Assembly: GCA_951406725.2 (NCBI GenBank) | Contig: OX597828.1 | Coordinates: 54,188,001 to 54,252,000, forward strand | Length of the DNA: 64,000 nt | Direction of reading: 5' to 3' | DNA from: Octopus vulgaris | Taxonomy: Eukaryota | Shown: piece after piece, positions 50,187 through 64,000 of the stretch | Layout of the letters: every line of letters begins with the position of its first letter | Position numbering within the stretch: the first letter of the stretch is position 1 | Translations under genes and position numbers: made by a program | The notes under the pieces: generated by a model | The model's input: only the letters and a program-made list of their open reading frames with translations | Database searches by the model: none | Told to the model about the DNA's origin: nothing

Positions 50187-52261
50187 AATGGGTTTTGTGG
50201 TGTATTTTCCAGCAGACTAATACTGAAAAGTCATATAGTATTTGCTGGTAGTTATTTTTAGCCCCAGGCCACCACTGATCAAAGAGACCTATAATTGATA
50301 AAGACAGTCCAGTCATGGCCAGCTAGTTCGGATCCCCATTTCCCTGATGTTTTTTTTTGTTTTTGTTTTTTCTGACACTGTAACTGAAACCAAGATTACC
50401 CAGTATGATAGGGATTAGCTGCTGCTTCTAGTGGGTCGATGGATCATGTAGAGACACTTTTGTTGGTTCAGTTTGTAGGAGACGATTGTTGTTTAGCCCT
50501 TGGTAAATGTTAGACAAACAAATCTAATGATCATTGGAAGAACAGCTGTGATCATTCCATCCCATCTTTTTTTTTTCTTGACTTCATTTTTTTTTTTTGA
50601 AAAAGCATTCAAGGGAGATTTGCCTGCTACTTTTAGCAGATGCAGTCACTACATAGAGATTCTCTTATTTACAGAAACTTATTCCTAACATTTTTGATAT
50701 CAACTTGCCTGAGACATCCCCACCAAGTTCTTCGATATAAGCTTCTTGCTTTTCAAAGAGGTCTAAATTAAAAAAATTTTCATCAAAATTTCAAATTTAA
50801 TTTGTTCCAAGCTCCAACTTAATATTGGTTACAAATTTTGGCACAAGGCCAACAAATTAAGGGGAGGGGATAAGTCGATTACATTGACCCCCCCCCCCCA
50901 GTGTCCAACTGGTAGGTACTTATTTTATCAACCTTGAAAGAATGAGAAGCAAAGATGACCTCAGTGGAATTTGAACTCAGAACATAAAGACATGAGATGC
51001 TAAGCAATTTGTTCGACATGCTAACGAATCTGCCTGCTCACCATCTTACTCCAACATAATATTGACAAAATTATTTTACTAAATTTTTCATTATTATTTT
51101 CAAAATAGGATTCAAACAGAGGTGGGGGCATTTCGACGGCAATATGGCATCAAAAGGGTTAAAGGCAATACTAAACAAAATGACCAGTCAAAACAAGGTG
51201 AAAACCCATGAGAATTAGATGTGGGTTTTAGATGTGGTCTGAGGAACCCAGACGAACAAGACTAAATTGTAATATCTTATCGTATTAAGCCAAATTATGG
51301 CAACTCTTTAAAATAAAAATTTTACAAATCACCTGTTGATTGGAATTGAATGTACCTGGACAAAAAAAAAATGGAGAACCTAAGAGAATGGCAAAGATGT
51401 AGGATGGCACTCACATAGGGTATAGTTGTGAGGTTAGCTCAAGGTACAAAACTGGACTAAGATAATGTAAATGCTTCAGTAAAATAGAAACATTGTCTTC
51501 AGGAATATCTTGTCTTTAATATGGTGATTTGTAGTGTGAAGTGTCATTTCCCAAGAATTTCTATATTCACTGATTTGCAGCTAACATGGGAGTCGGTGGT
51601 AAAATAGGTTATGGAACTTCACATAACATTTAGGAACACGACACTTCTGTAATGAGAATATCCTATAATGAAAAATAGGGATTAGGACATACAACAAACA
51701 ATGTTTGTGTGTGTGTATGTGTGTGTGAAGGTGCATGGCCTAGTGGTGAGGGCATTGCATTCATAATCACTAAGATCAAGGGTTCGATTCTGGAACTAAG
51801 TTGCACATTGTGTTCTTGAGCAAAACACTTCATTTCACTCAGCTATAAATGGCTAACCCTACAACAGAATAGACTTTTAATCAGAGGGAATGCTGGCCTG
51901 CTCACCTAACCAGCAGGGTGGCATTATTTGAAAACTAAAACAGTGCAAAGCGCATTGTAACTAGCGATGTATAACAATATCCATAGTCTGGTCGATCACA
52001 TGATATATCACTTACACGTCTGTTTTCCATCCTGGCATTGGTTGGACGGTTTGACTGAAAACTGGTAAGCTGCACCAGGTTCCAATCAGATTTAGCATGG
52101 TTCCTACAGCTGGATACCCTTCCTAACACCAACCACTCAAAGAGTGCAGGGGCTGCTTTTTACGTGCCACAGGTACAGGTGCGAGTTACGTAACACAGGC
52201 AACAGCCACGACTACAATCTGACTTAGCTTGGCTGATCTTCTCAAGCACAATACATGTCAT

Positions 52262-52346
<85 letters not shown>

Positions 52347-53711
52347 ATATATAATCAAAATAAGCAACAAGTATATCCAAGGTAGAGTAGTACAATTGTT
52401 TCATGCTACTTCATTTTATTAAACACTGTAAGTATTATTGATGTAGCATGAAACAATTGTACTCTACCTCGGATATACTTGTTGCTTATTTTGACTATAA
52501 TCACCCCATTTGATTTATATGGATAATACCATACAAAATTCTGGTGCCTTTGACTTAAGTACCATATTCATCTGAATCTAAATTTTGCTGATCTTATATG
52601 TATATGTGTGTCTGTGTGTGCATATGCATAAAAACAAAGATGGAGACTTAAATTTACATATTGGTTTGCAATCAGAATATCTCCTGTAACAGACCAATCT
52701 ATCAGTAAACATTACAGTGTCAAGATGATGGTTGTTTTAACTCCAAGTTGACCAACAGTAAAAGATATCCCAGCTCTAACCAATATTTTGTATATTTTTT
52801 TTTTCAGGTATTCTATTCTTCATGCTAAATTATTCCTACTTTTAATACAGTAAAATGTGATTTAAGGGAGATTTAGTCACAATTTCTGGCAGCTTGAGTC
52901 ACAAGGTAAACTGCCCTGTAGACTTTTATCAAATCAAAGAACAAAAAAAGAAACTGGAGGTAACTCAACGGCTACTTTTGGTACAACTGTAGCATCACTG
53001 TCTGCTTAAATCTGCTTTCGACTTATCAAGAAATTAGACAAATAGGAAAAAAACTAATATCTCTTGTTGAAAGTTCACCTTATATTAGAATAAAAATTTA
53101 AATTGAAAAAAAAAACATGGATAAACTGATGAGAAATGAGACTAAAGGTTGAAAAAATAAATTATTGTTAGCAAATGCCATCAGTTGACTGTTTTTCCTG
53201 AGTGGATTAATTTGGCTTAAACCATTAGTATTTAAACCAATCATAATATTCTACTTGTTTTACATTCAAAATGGCCAGATCTGGCCTCTTGCACCAACCC
53301 TGTAATATCCTTTTTACTTTTTTAGGCACAAGGCTCAAAGTTCTTGGGGAGGAGTCCAGTCGATTAGATCGACCCCAGTGCACAACTGGTACTTAATTTA
53401 TCAACCCCCAAAAGGATGAAAGACAAAGTTAACCTCAGTGGAATTTGAACTCGGAACGTAAAGACAGACGAAATGCCACTAAGCATTTCACCTAGTGTGC
53501 TAATGTTCCTGCCAGCTTGCCACCTTCAACCCTACAATATCATTCTAAAAAAATTAACAGTTCCCTCACTGAAATCTCACAGCTACGAATTAATGCATGA
53601 TTAAACCAAAACAAATGTGAATATATAAAAAAAAAGGCATTATTTTTGACAGAATAATGCAAATGCTAAAGAGTTGTTAAACCATGATATTGGCAAATAA
53701 ATCATCTTTAA

Positions 53712-53932
53712 CCCTTTCGTTACCAACCCGGCTGAAACTAGCTCCGGCTCTGTAGTACAAATGTCCTGTTTCCATAAATTTTGAATTAAAATCTTCCACC
53801 AAACCTTAGTCACAATTTATGTTCCTAACACTAGCTTAATGATGACTAAGTTATTTTACTAAATTCTTTGTTATATCTAAAATAATTGAAAGAAACACAG
53901 AGCATCTCAACAGAAATATGGTAACGAAAGGG
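53712..53932. mobile_element. piggyBac-type MITE
   Basis: Perfect 14-bp TIR CCCTTTCGTTACCA/TGGTAACGAAAGGG with TTAA on both sides. Confidence 0.9.
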
Positions 53933-55280
53933 TTAACTTATATTTGAAGTCAAATCTTGTAAACTTCTATACTTCAGGGTTAATGTCAGGTGACAAATTC
54001 CTCTGCTTTACCAATCTGAAGTCTGGTCCCAAAGTTTATAAAACACTATTATTATTATTACTGAGTGAGAGAGAGCAATGCATGCCATCAAAATAACACT
54101 GGGGTACAAAAATACAAAACCCAATATACCCATCATGACTAACCATCTGATAAGGGTACACTAGGTACATGCATCACAACCATATGTGCATGACATGATA
54201 ATCTCATATCAAGACAAACAGTGCATAAACTTGCAGGCGGGGCCAAGTTAGAATTTTCTTCAGGTCATGTAGCCCATCTCACTCAAAAGGTCCCTGAATA
54301 AGGGTTAGAGATGTTGAATGAAATACCCATGTTTCCAGTGGTGAATTATTTAAATGCTCAAAGAATTCCTCTCAACACATGACTACGATGCTCCCCTACT
54401 ACTTCTGCTCATGATCAGAGATGCAGATATCATCAGCCACTAAGGGACATGCTCAGCTGGTTAAGGTCAAACAACTGACAAGCAAGTCTGTGGTATTGAA
54501 CAGAATATTTGCTGTAGCCAATTTTTTAATACCATATTATTATTAGTAGTAGTATTATTGCTGCCACTGTTGTTTTTATGGAACAGGACAAAAAGTCAAG
54601 CCTGGCGCGACACCAATTCAAACATATGCATTCTGAATTGGAAGAACCTGCTAGGATCAACTTTGACGATAAATCTGTCACCACATGACAATCTAATGGA
54701 TCACATTCATACAGCAGGACAAAAACCACAAATTGTTTAGAGGAGACATCAATCTAAACAACCCTAAAATATAACCAGTACTTATTACAGAAAGGATTTA
54801 ACTCGAATGTTATAAAAATATATATATATAAACAAACAACTCAGTATTGGCAAGTGTTGAGTCTGGTAGTTTGAAGTTGATCAACCAAAGCCTTCCTTCT
54901 TATTATACACACACAAATACACCAGAAATGTTTGAAAATTCCCCTGAATTGAAGGTAGCAGCATGTCTCTGACTAGATTATAGGGTTCCAAATTGGGAGC
55001 CAGGTAGCCAAAAATGGATAGTATTGAGTGTAGTTAAGGGATGAGTTCAAGTTGGAATGACATGTACCCTGAAAATAGGGATGTAGATCATATATATACA
55101 TACATGTGTGTGTGTGTCCATGTTTATATTACTTTTATATCCATTTGCCTCATGTTGGCATGGCTAAGACAAAACGAGTTTACAGTTGGATGCTTTTCCT
55201 GTCAACAACCTTTACTTTCCAAGCAAAGTGCAGTTTGTTCGATAGGTCTTTACATACAGACACACATACAGTGTTTGTGA

Positions 55281-55321
<41 letters not shown>

Positions 55322-55414
55322 TGTATGTGTATGATGTATACATGTATATAAGGATGCATATATATATACACACATACGTATGTGTATGTATACATGTATA
55401 TAAGGATGTATCAT

Positions 55415-55449
<35 letters not shown>

Positions 55450-55488
55450 AACGCATGTATGTGTATGTATACATGTCTATAAGGATGC

Positions 55489-55526
<38 letters not shown>

Positions 55527-56196
55527 AAAATAATCTTAATTATAGCTTTAACATTTACCTCTCATGAGACATTGTAATTCCACCCTTCCTGATGTCACCC
55601 ACTTCAACTGCTTCACACAACATACAGTCGTATGGTGTATATATGTTCTAAACACCAAGGGGTACATATAGATATGATTTACATAACCACAACTATATTT
55701 ACTAAATGTACATAATCACTGTGATATTTTTGATAAAAACATTCTTCCTGTATACAGACGTTTGTGTATAATTGTGTGTATATAACATGAAGCAGTAAAT
55801 ATATTGCTGTAGATTCAGTCCAGATGACCAATCCCCGTCGCTGAAGAAAAAATAAAATTATCTCTATACTGTGAGTTCAAATCCTGCCAGGGCAAGTCTT
55901 TATCAGTTTCTCAGGAGTTGCTAATTAAAAGAACCAATAGAAGAGATTCTTTCATCATTCTGGATTCCACTACCATTGTATCACTCTGATTTAACCTGGG
56001 AATTGCATTAAGGGTACACAGGTCAGTAGAATACTCAGCCACTAACAAGGTGAATTTCAGCTGGATTGAAAAGTCACTGTTGAAACCAAGAGGAGGAGGA
56101 GGAACCAGCATCAGTTATTAAAAAGATAAGTTAGTGTTAATATATCAAAGTAATGGGGAACTGCAAGAAATACAAGGAGAAAAGGAAGAAATAAGT

Positions 56197-57024
56197 TTAA
56201 CCTTTTAGCATTAAAACTGGCCATATTCATCCTTTCACACCTACCCTACAATGTTATATTGAACATATACAAGCATATCATGGAAATCTCAACAGAAAAA
56301 GATAATGCATAAGTAATTCAAAATAATGTGAACAAACAAGCGTGACATCAGACAGAATGGATGGATGGAAGCACTCCATCGGTTACGACGACGAGGGTTC
56401 CGGTTGATCCGAATCAACGGAACAGCCTGCTCGTGAAATTAACGTGTAAGTGGCTGAGCACTCCACAGACACGTGTACCCTTAACGTAGTTCTCAGGGAT
56501 ATTCAGCGTGACACAGAGTGACAAGGCCAGCCCTTTGAAATACAGGTACAACAGAAACAGGAAGTAAGAGTGAGAGAAAGTTGTGGTGAAAGAGTACAGC
56601 AGGGATCACCACCATCCCCTGCTGGAGTATCGTGGAGCTTTAGGTGTTTTCGCTCAATAAACACTCACAACGCCCGGCCTGGGAATCGAAACCGCGATCC
56701 TATGACCGCGAGTCCGCTGCCCTAACCACTGGGCCATTGTGCCTCCACTCAGACAGAATAATCTGAATGCTAAAGAGTTAAACAAACCATATCTTGCTCA
56801 AATATTCTAATCTGTTTTATGTTAAAAACTGACAGCCAGATCCGGCCACTCACACCTACCCTACAATGTCCCTTCAAAAATAAGCAATCACATCATCAAA
56901 ATCACAAAGCTGCAACATAATGCATGATGGATTCAAAACAATGTGAAAAAATAGGCATTATGCTTGACAAAGTAATGGGGCCAAATGTAACGATGCTTCA
57001 GTGATTTGAATGCTAAAGGGTTAA
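56197..57024. mobile_element. TTAA-flanked MITE family 2 (two adjacent copies; first hosts a SINE)
   Basis: TTAACCTTTTAGCATT...AATGCTAAAGAGTTAA and ...AATGCTAAAGGGTTAA; shared CACACCTACCCTACAATGT. A related copy lies at ~53220-53670. Confidence 0.65.
56359..56748 (-). mobile_element. tRNA-derived SINE with 11-bp TSD and (CCAT)n tail
   Basis: Head GGCCCAGTGGTTAGGGCAG...GGTTTCGATTCCC; TSD TCAGACAGAAT at 56348-56358 and 56749-56759. Confidence 0.9.
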
Positions 57025-57559
57025 TGAACAACTTACGTAGTTCTTGGCACTCAGTATGATCCCATGGGGGTCAGAATTCGGTTTTGTTATTGGTAGGATG
57101 CAGGCCTCTTCCTGTACATCGAATACTTGAACGACATCATCAATGTCTGCCTTCCATGCTGGCATGGGCTGGAAGGGTTTGACAGGAGTTGGCCAGGCAG
57201 GAGCCTGCCCCAGACTTCTGTATCTGTTTTGGCAAGGTTTTTACAACTGACTGCCCTTCCTAGCAGATGTGGGACCTTTCCCATATGCTCTAACACCCAA
57301 ACTGCTCAGGGGTTTATTTACACGTAGATATTATGAGTACCGTAACATAGGCAAGCAGAGTGGAAGGTGTTTAGAGCTGTGGGAGACACCTAATGGCAGC
57401 TTCTTATATGGGTGGGTTGTCCTCTTTACACATGTCCATACATACATACAATTTTTATTTGGTGAGCATAGAGGAAGGTGCAACCCCCATGCTGTCACAG
57501 ATCTTTCAGTGAGATTAATGCTGTCAAAAATCTACAAGGAAGACAAGCATGGAGATTAG

Positions 57560-58100
57560 GGAGGACCAATGTTCAGTGAGGAGGAAAGACCATGATCTGG
57601 GGTTTAGAGTGGGATTTAGGGATTGAAAATCGATGATGGGGAGGTGGAGGAGAGACAAGTAGATTAGGAATGTCTGAGAGGAGATACAAGAGTCACTAAC
57701 TCCAAAGAACAAAAACCATTGTTTGCAACAAGTAGAAAGGCAATCAGAGCAAGCATGAGGGAGTCAGAATGTCTGTGAATAATAGACAAATTAGTTGAAT
57801 GGTCTGTCTATGGATGCAATCTGCAGTGTGTGTGTGTGTGTAGCAACAGCAGTGTCCTGGAAACAGAAGCAATACTCCAATGTGAACCTCACATGAGCTT
57901 TGTAGAGTGTCAGCAGTTGTTGTGGGCTAGATTAATTTCTGAGCCTGTATAGAAGGGTTAGGTTTTGGGATGCAGTCCTAGCTATGTTAAGGATGATCTT
58001 CAGCAATAGTGAGGTCCAATATTTGGTGCCGATGGGAGGGTTCTAGAAGAATACCATTTGTGTTTAAGTAAAATGTAGTGTAATTACAAACATTGTTTCT
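57560..58100 (-). mobile_element. CR1/Jockey-type LINE RT C-terminal fragment
   Basis: Minus strand ILDLTIAED, frameshift, NIARTASQNLTLLYRLRN*SSPQQLLTLYKAHVRFTLEYC. Confidence 0.7.
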
Positions 58101-61100
58101 GTCTTTTCGTTTCAAAAACCACGACAAAGGTCCAATCCATGAAGCCAAGTAGTTTATCTGAGAACGGAATGAGTTTTGATGGTGGAGAAACCTGAAGATT
58201 TCTTCACAGAAAGTGTATCCAAAGAATTTGCCAAAAGCAGACATAAAAACCAATAGCAACAATTTAAAGCATCAATGACTGTCTTGAACTGATGTCATCA
58301 AATGATTCTAGAAAATTTACAGAACGGATCCATTCAGTCCTGGATAAATCATAGGATGTTTATAGACATCAAAATAATTTTCAATGAGAATAGCCCCAAT
58401 TTTAGAAAAGGCTATGGGATTGAAGTTACCCCCAAAAATTGATGAAGCTTATAAAATTCTAAAACTATTCCCCACCCCACTCACTAAATTCTTCAAAAGA
58501 GACCCTCGTCCGAGGTTGGTGAACAATAGGATTTACAACTGACCATGTATCCACCCCAATATAGCCAATGTGAACCCTCGTACAGATGATGTGATTGCAA
58601 GGGTGCGCTAAACCTCACGTCTCAGGAACGCGAACCAGCCTGGTGTGACACATGCCAATTGGGTATGACGGAATCCACCAGGCCACCCCTTAGCAATAGG
58701 GGAAGGCAGACACACTCTGTAATCCCTAAAGACAGGGAGCACAGTTTGGTACATGAAAACACAAGTAGGATCACCCAGAAATAATAATACATCTCAGGTC
58801 AGCCTCAAACATAGAGAAGGTACCCTCAGTGAATGGACGCGATAATGGATGAGCCAAAGCTCCCAAGAAACCCTAGCCATATCGCCCCAGATCCAGCAAG
58901 GTCTCCCACCATAAATGGTACCACTATAGGAGAATGGGACGCTTTTAATTTGTCCAAAGTGGAAGGACCAAATCAGTACGGCTGCACAGCCTAACGTAGC
59001 TGACACACATAATATACATACTCAGACATACTCGTGCTCAATTAAAATGATTAAATTCCGAGAAAAAGAAAATTTTTTTTCTAAAGCATATATTCCTGCA
59101 GCACGGAATTTTGTCAGTGAACAGGTCGCGGTCTCAAAGGGACAAAAATATTTTGGCAAATTAAATTTAAATGTTGAAGTGAATCTAACAGTTTTTGTGT
59201 GTTTCTTAAATGGCTTATAAACACCTTCCACACTGCAACTGTTTTCGATCCAGCACACGATCTCAGATCAGGTCACTTGCTATGCAAATACATCTCCGTA
59301 ATATATTCTTTTTTATCCACATTTGTATCATCATTTAACATCTGTTTTCCATGCTGGCATGGGTTGGACAGCTTGACAGTAGCCACACCAGGTTCCATAG
59401 TCCATTTCGGACGTTTCTACAGCTGGATGCTCTTCCTAGTGCTAACCACTTTACAGAGTGTACTGGGTGCTTTTCACTTGGCACCTTGGTTTTAGAATTT
59501 CAATTCTTCTGTGGTAGGTGGGTCTCCTTTAGTACAGCAATGCACCACATAGCTGTCCTGTCATCTACTTCGTAAAGCTTAGCATTTTGATATCAACCTT
59601 CAATATATATAAATATATGCATACAAACATCCATACATATATGCACACACATACACACCCTATATATGTAACCCAGTAGTGGGACCAAAAGCTGATTAAC
59701 CAGACTATTTTCTTAAAGGTTGGCAAACATTAACTGCATAAAACCTTTTAAGTAAAAAGAAATCTAGTTTACCAACAAAACAATTTTAACAGATTACACG
59801 CTTCCAGCAGTGAAGTAATTAAGCACATTACATTCTCACATGGAAACAGAAATTATATAACACATTCAACGATTAACAGAAGAGAGTTAAAATGCAATGG
59901 AGGAAGTAAATATTATTGTTTCTCAGATATATTACCAATATTTTGGCTAATCTTTCAAAGGGTTTCGCTCCAATTTCAACATCCTCTTGGAACACATATT
60001 AAGACTCAGAGCTCAAGAAGTTCTTGTTTATTTTCCTTTTCTTTATGTGAAGGAGCAGCTGAACTAATTAATAATCTACAGGGCTCAGTTATGTGGATGT
60101 CCAGTGAAGACAATCCTTGGGGTTGGATTAAAGTAATTAAAGTCAAATAAAGTGTCCAGGTATAGGGGGTAGGTTAATACTACAGTATTTATATACTTTT
60201 ACAGGTAAGATTTACTTAATTACAGGTGAAGTGAGAGAAGAGTACAACAAAGAGAGAGAGAGAGAGATTGAAGTCTACATATAATTTTCCCAATCTCCCC
60301 CAAGTGAGTGAACTGCAGTAAAAATTCAAAAAAAAAATAATAAAGAAAACCTGGCTGGGATTAATCCTACCCCTCCACCCTCTCCTCACAGCACAAATAG
60401 TTAAATGGATGTAAAGGCTAAAGGACAGCGAGTGTGTGTGTTTAAATAACTGGTTACTTTTACATAGGTGCAAAGCTTCGCATTCATTCACATCGAAGGG
60501 GGAGCAGGACGAGGGAAAAAGAATTAGAACATGCAACTTCCCAAGGGCATTAGCTACAGGTGAAAAAATCGGTGGTGAGTGCAGAATAAAGGTATATTGT
60601 TGTGGTAAGGTAAATAATATAATAATAATAAAGGAAATATAGCCAAAGTAATTCCAGTCGGGCAGAAAGAAGAACAAATTGGTAAGGAGTGAGGAACTAT
60701 ATTGGAAAATAGCTGAGATTCACAGACACACACACACCTCATTATATATACATATATATATATAGCAGCATTATCATTTTATGTCCGTTTTCCATGCTGG
60801 CATGGGTTGGACGGTTTGACAGAAGCTGGCAAGCCAGAAGACTGCACCAGGCTGTTTGTGTGTGTGTGTGTGTGTAACCAAATAAAGTAGCGTGTTGAAC
60901 CAAAATACGAGACGAAAACAAAGATACAGTTAGAAAATACACACACACACACAGAGAGAAGCAGGTAAGCAATCAGATACACACGCACACACACCAAATA
61001 TAGGAAAAGAAAACAGGTAGATTCAAGAATAAAACAACAACCAAAAAGATGGTATGCATATATATATATAAATAAAACAGGCACGAAGTCGGGTAGGCAC

Positions 61101-62689
61101 GAGCACACTTCATACACATAACACAAACATGTTGCCAGGTACAAACAGCAGAAAGCGCACTCAATCCATGTAATAGAGTACATTTGTCCTACTGCTGATG
61201 ATTCATATTGTTTAGTCGCATGTGTGTGCGTAAAAATATATGAATACACACACACATATATACAGCTACCCGTCATATGTACCCAGCCAAGTGTCCCAGT
61301 AAACTTCATAAAGCGATCACACCCAAATGTCTATGGAGAGAGAAAGAACTTCAATATGTGAAAAAACTTTCAACTTTTTCTTCGTGTGGGCCCCAACACT
61401 GAAGCGGAGGTGGATACTCTTAAATCTACCCCAGTACTAGGCCGATACTTTAACGACCAACACCCGAGGGTAACATGCAAAGTCGACCCAGAAACATTAA
61501 CTAAATACCGTAAAAGGCATTTTTGGATCAACGCTGCCGGTTCTGCCAATCAACGACCTTCGGAAGAAATATTATTTATTGTTGCTAACAACAATAATCT
61601 TTGATTACACACAGAGACAGTTGTTGTTGAAGACTAATTATTATTAGTGTGAGGTAATTAAGATTGAGTATTTTGCGATAAAGAAATGTAGGGGGGGGGG
61701 GGGCAAACAACGTGAAGTTGCGACAATCTTGCCTTTCCCAATAGCAATAATGTCCCTAGAACAGGTAAAGATGCGTGACGTAGATTAACAGAGCAGACCT
61801 GATATGTAATTGAAACGACCCACGGTGTTGAGGATAGAATCAGACAAATTGGAACCCAGGACTTTCGGTTGGTAATGAATCAGAGGCAACTTAGTGGCTG
61901 ACGAGGCTCACCCCCACCAATCACAATTTCTAGCAAAGTCTTAATTTTTCTGCGTACAAACACAATACTTCAGTTTATTATTTTATTATAAAAGACGTTA
62001 AGAGGTGTGAAAAGTAACAATGGCCATCCAGAATGTTGAGAGACGGCTATTAAATGCAGCAAGAATCAAGAATTTTAGTCAGACACACCACAGAAAAATC
62101 TTTGTTTTAGATTGGACTAAAGCTGGCAATTCAGAAAGGAAAGAATTAAATCATCAAATTGTCTCCCAACGTAATAATAATTTGAGATAGGAGAGTCATG
62201 ACTGGAATGTCTCCATGGGTGTATTGGATCCTAGTAGACTTGGAGCTAAATGGCAAGAGAATTTATTAACAACAGGACGAGATAAAGACGACGACAGGAT
62301 TTGAACTCAAGGTAAAAGGGCTTCATAACTAGATACGGTAAAGTGTACCATAATAATGATTGTTTCTAATATCAGCCTTAATTAAGTCCACGAGGCCAAC
62401 CACCCGACATAACTTAACCTGCCACCCCGGAGTAGGATAGAGGGGACGTAACTACAGATGGCAAAGTTTTTATCCGGCACAACAGATGCTGCTAAAAAAC
62501 AAAAAAAAACACAAAAAAAAAAACACAAGCAAAATTAATAAAATACGACAAAGAAATAATTAAAAAAAAACCAGCAGTTTTCTTCGAAAATCTTTTTTTT
62601 TTTTTTTTCAAATCTTTAACCAAGAAAATATTCTTCTAGCCATGAAAGACTTCATTTTTCAAGGCTTTTCGTTGGTTTATATATATACA

Positions 62690-62721
<32 letters not shown>

Positions 62722-63035
62722 AACTATTTGGCGAAGTTATCTGATGACAATAATAAAAAATAAATATATATTGATATAAAAAAATGGAACCAGCTACATA
62801 CAGTTTACATATTCTTGGCGCCAGAGTTCTTCATTCTCATGTGTAGAAGTTCACGTGTATGTACATGTGTGTATATGTAAGCATGTTATTGTTTATTAAA
62901 AGAAACAGAAATATGAGGTATTTTTTCATCTCTTCTACTTGGGTCCAGTCAACTCAAAAATATCCAAGTAAAGTGGACCCTCAGACACACATATTAAAGA
63001 CTGGCAAACACACACACATACACACACAAGGATCT

Positions 63036-63104
<69 letters not shown>

Positions 63105-63449
63105 TTGTCGAAAAGATGAGGATTTTTTTCTTTTTTTTTTTTTCTTTTGGGGTATTTGGTGATTTGGCTCTGTTTACATTATGGTAAATTTTCAAACCTT
63201 GGAATTCATGGGAAGAAAAGAGGATCAAAATTGAAAACATAATTCACAGGGGAAAAAAAAACAAACTTTTAGAATCTTTTTTTTTTTTATCCGTTTGTTA
63301 AATTCGTTTCCAAATCCAAGGAGAAACTAGGAGAGTTTGTGGAGACAAAAAAAAAAAAAGACATCATCATCATCATCAATGTCTTCGTCATAAGGACTCA
63401 AACAGATCGTGAAAATTTTGAGTGTGTGTATGTATAGTGTAGGGTGTCT

Positions 63450-64000
63450 TTACGCAACAATTTCCGGGAGGGCGATGTTGCTAGGTACTTTTCCCCTCCC
63501 CATACCGCCATAGAATCCACTCGTGCCGTCTGGACCTTTTGGGGATCTCACAGCCATTTCTAGATCATGTAGACGGCCACGTCTCAGCATTAGGGGGCTA
63601 CCTTTAGGGCTGCGTCCTGCCGACTGTCCGTTTTTATCATCGCTCAAACCAGTGCTGTTCTGTTGAGCCTGAGCAGCTTTCAAACGCCGTTGGACCCAAG
63701 GACTTGCTGGGGCATCGCTGTTGTCGTATTTCTTGCGTAGAGATTCAGGGCTTATCTGTGGACTAATCCTTGGGCTGTTGTCAGTCTCAGCCAACGGGGA
63801 TTTTTTCGACATCCATTTTCGGCGCTGGGTTCTCGGGCTGCTTTTCGGAGTTGACCTTGGGCTTGGTTTAGGAGTCGTTACAGGGCTCAGTTTGCTAGGG
63901 TCCAGTGAAGGCATATGTAAAAGTGTCTGAGGAGTGTCCGCTTCAGATCCGCTACTATAGCATGATGACTCAGGTTCGCGACAGAGTTCATCAATTCGCT
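63450..64000 (-). CDS. LARP6: La-related protein 6 (LARP6/Acheron)-like, 3' coding exon, truncated by the window edge
   Basis: The frame is open from the edge: RIDELCREPESSCYSSGSE, then an SP-rich region, ASPWVQRR...GSPLMLRR...VRSPKGPDGTSGF. This matches the LARP6 C-terminal LSA/SUZ-C motif (SPWVxRR; VLRxPRGPDxTRGF). Stop codon at 63452-63450. Confidence 0.85.
   Translation of the reverse strand, partial: RIDELCREPESSCYSSGSEADTPQTLLHMPSLDPSKLSPVTTPKPSPRSTPKSSPRTQRRKWMSKKSPLAETDNSPRISPQISPESLRKKYDNSDAPASPWVQRRLKAAQAQQNSTGLSDDKNGQSAGRSPKGSPLMLRRGRLHDLEMAVRSPKGPDGTSGFYGGMGRGKVPSNIALPEIVA

Noticed and set aside
60190-60230. Recursive-splice-like TTTTACAG|GTAAG on the plus strand
   Set aside because: No plus-strand host transcript is evident and the polypyrimidine tract is short.

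Overview
This is repeat-dense, intron/intergenic-type animal genomic DNA. The tRNA-derived SINE families, RTE/CR1/R4-type LINE relics and extreme (ATGT)n/(AC)n/(AT)n content look like a coleoid cephalopod (Octopus-like) genome; that assignment is inferred, not verified. Almost all ORFs in the supplied track are microsatellite artefacts. The only confidently recognisable host CDS is the minus-strand 3' coding exon of a LARP6-like gene running off the right edge (63450-64000). Two frame-compatible minus-strand exon candidates (7819-7919, 7034-7167) may encode the N-terminus of an unrelated secreted or membrane protein. A possible minus-strand terminal exon lies at about 49205-49741. Mobile relics include SINE families, RTE, CR1, Tx1/L1, R4/Dong and Hero/R2-like LINE fragments, Tc1/maT/mariner/Merlin fragments, piggyBac-type and other MITEs, two non-autonomous Helitrons, and Penelope-like pieces with decayed hammerhead motifs. 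The most unusual structures are a cluster of nested inverted repeats (12-16 kb), several fold-back palindromes, an RTE with an inverted RT active-site segment, and a highly diverged but phase-locked 40-bp tandem array. I found no convincing evidence of a complete, novel multi-gene system.
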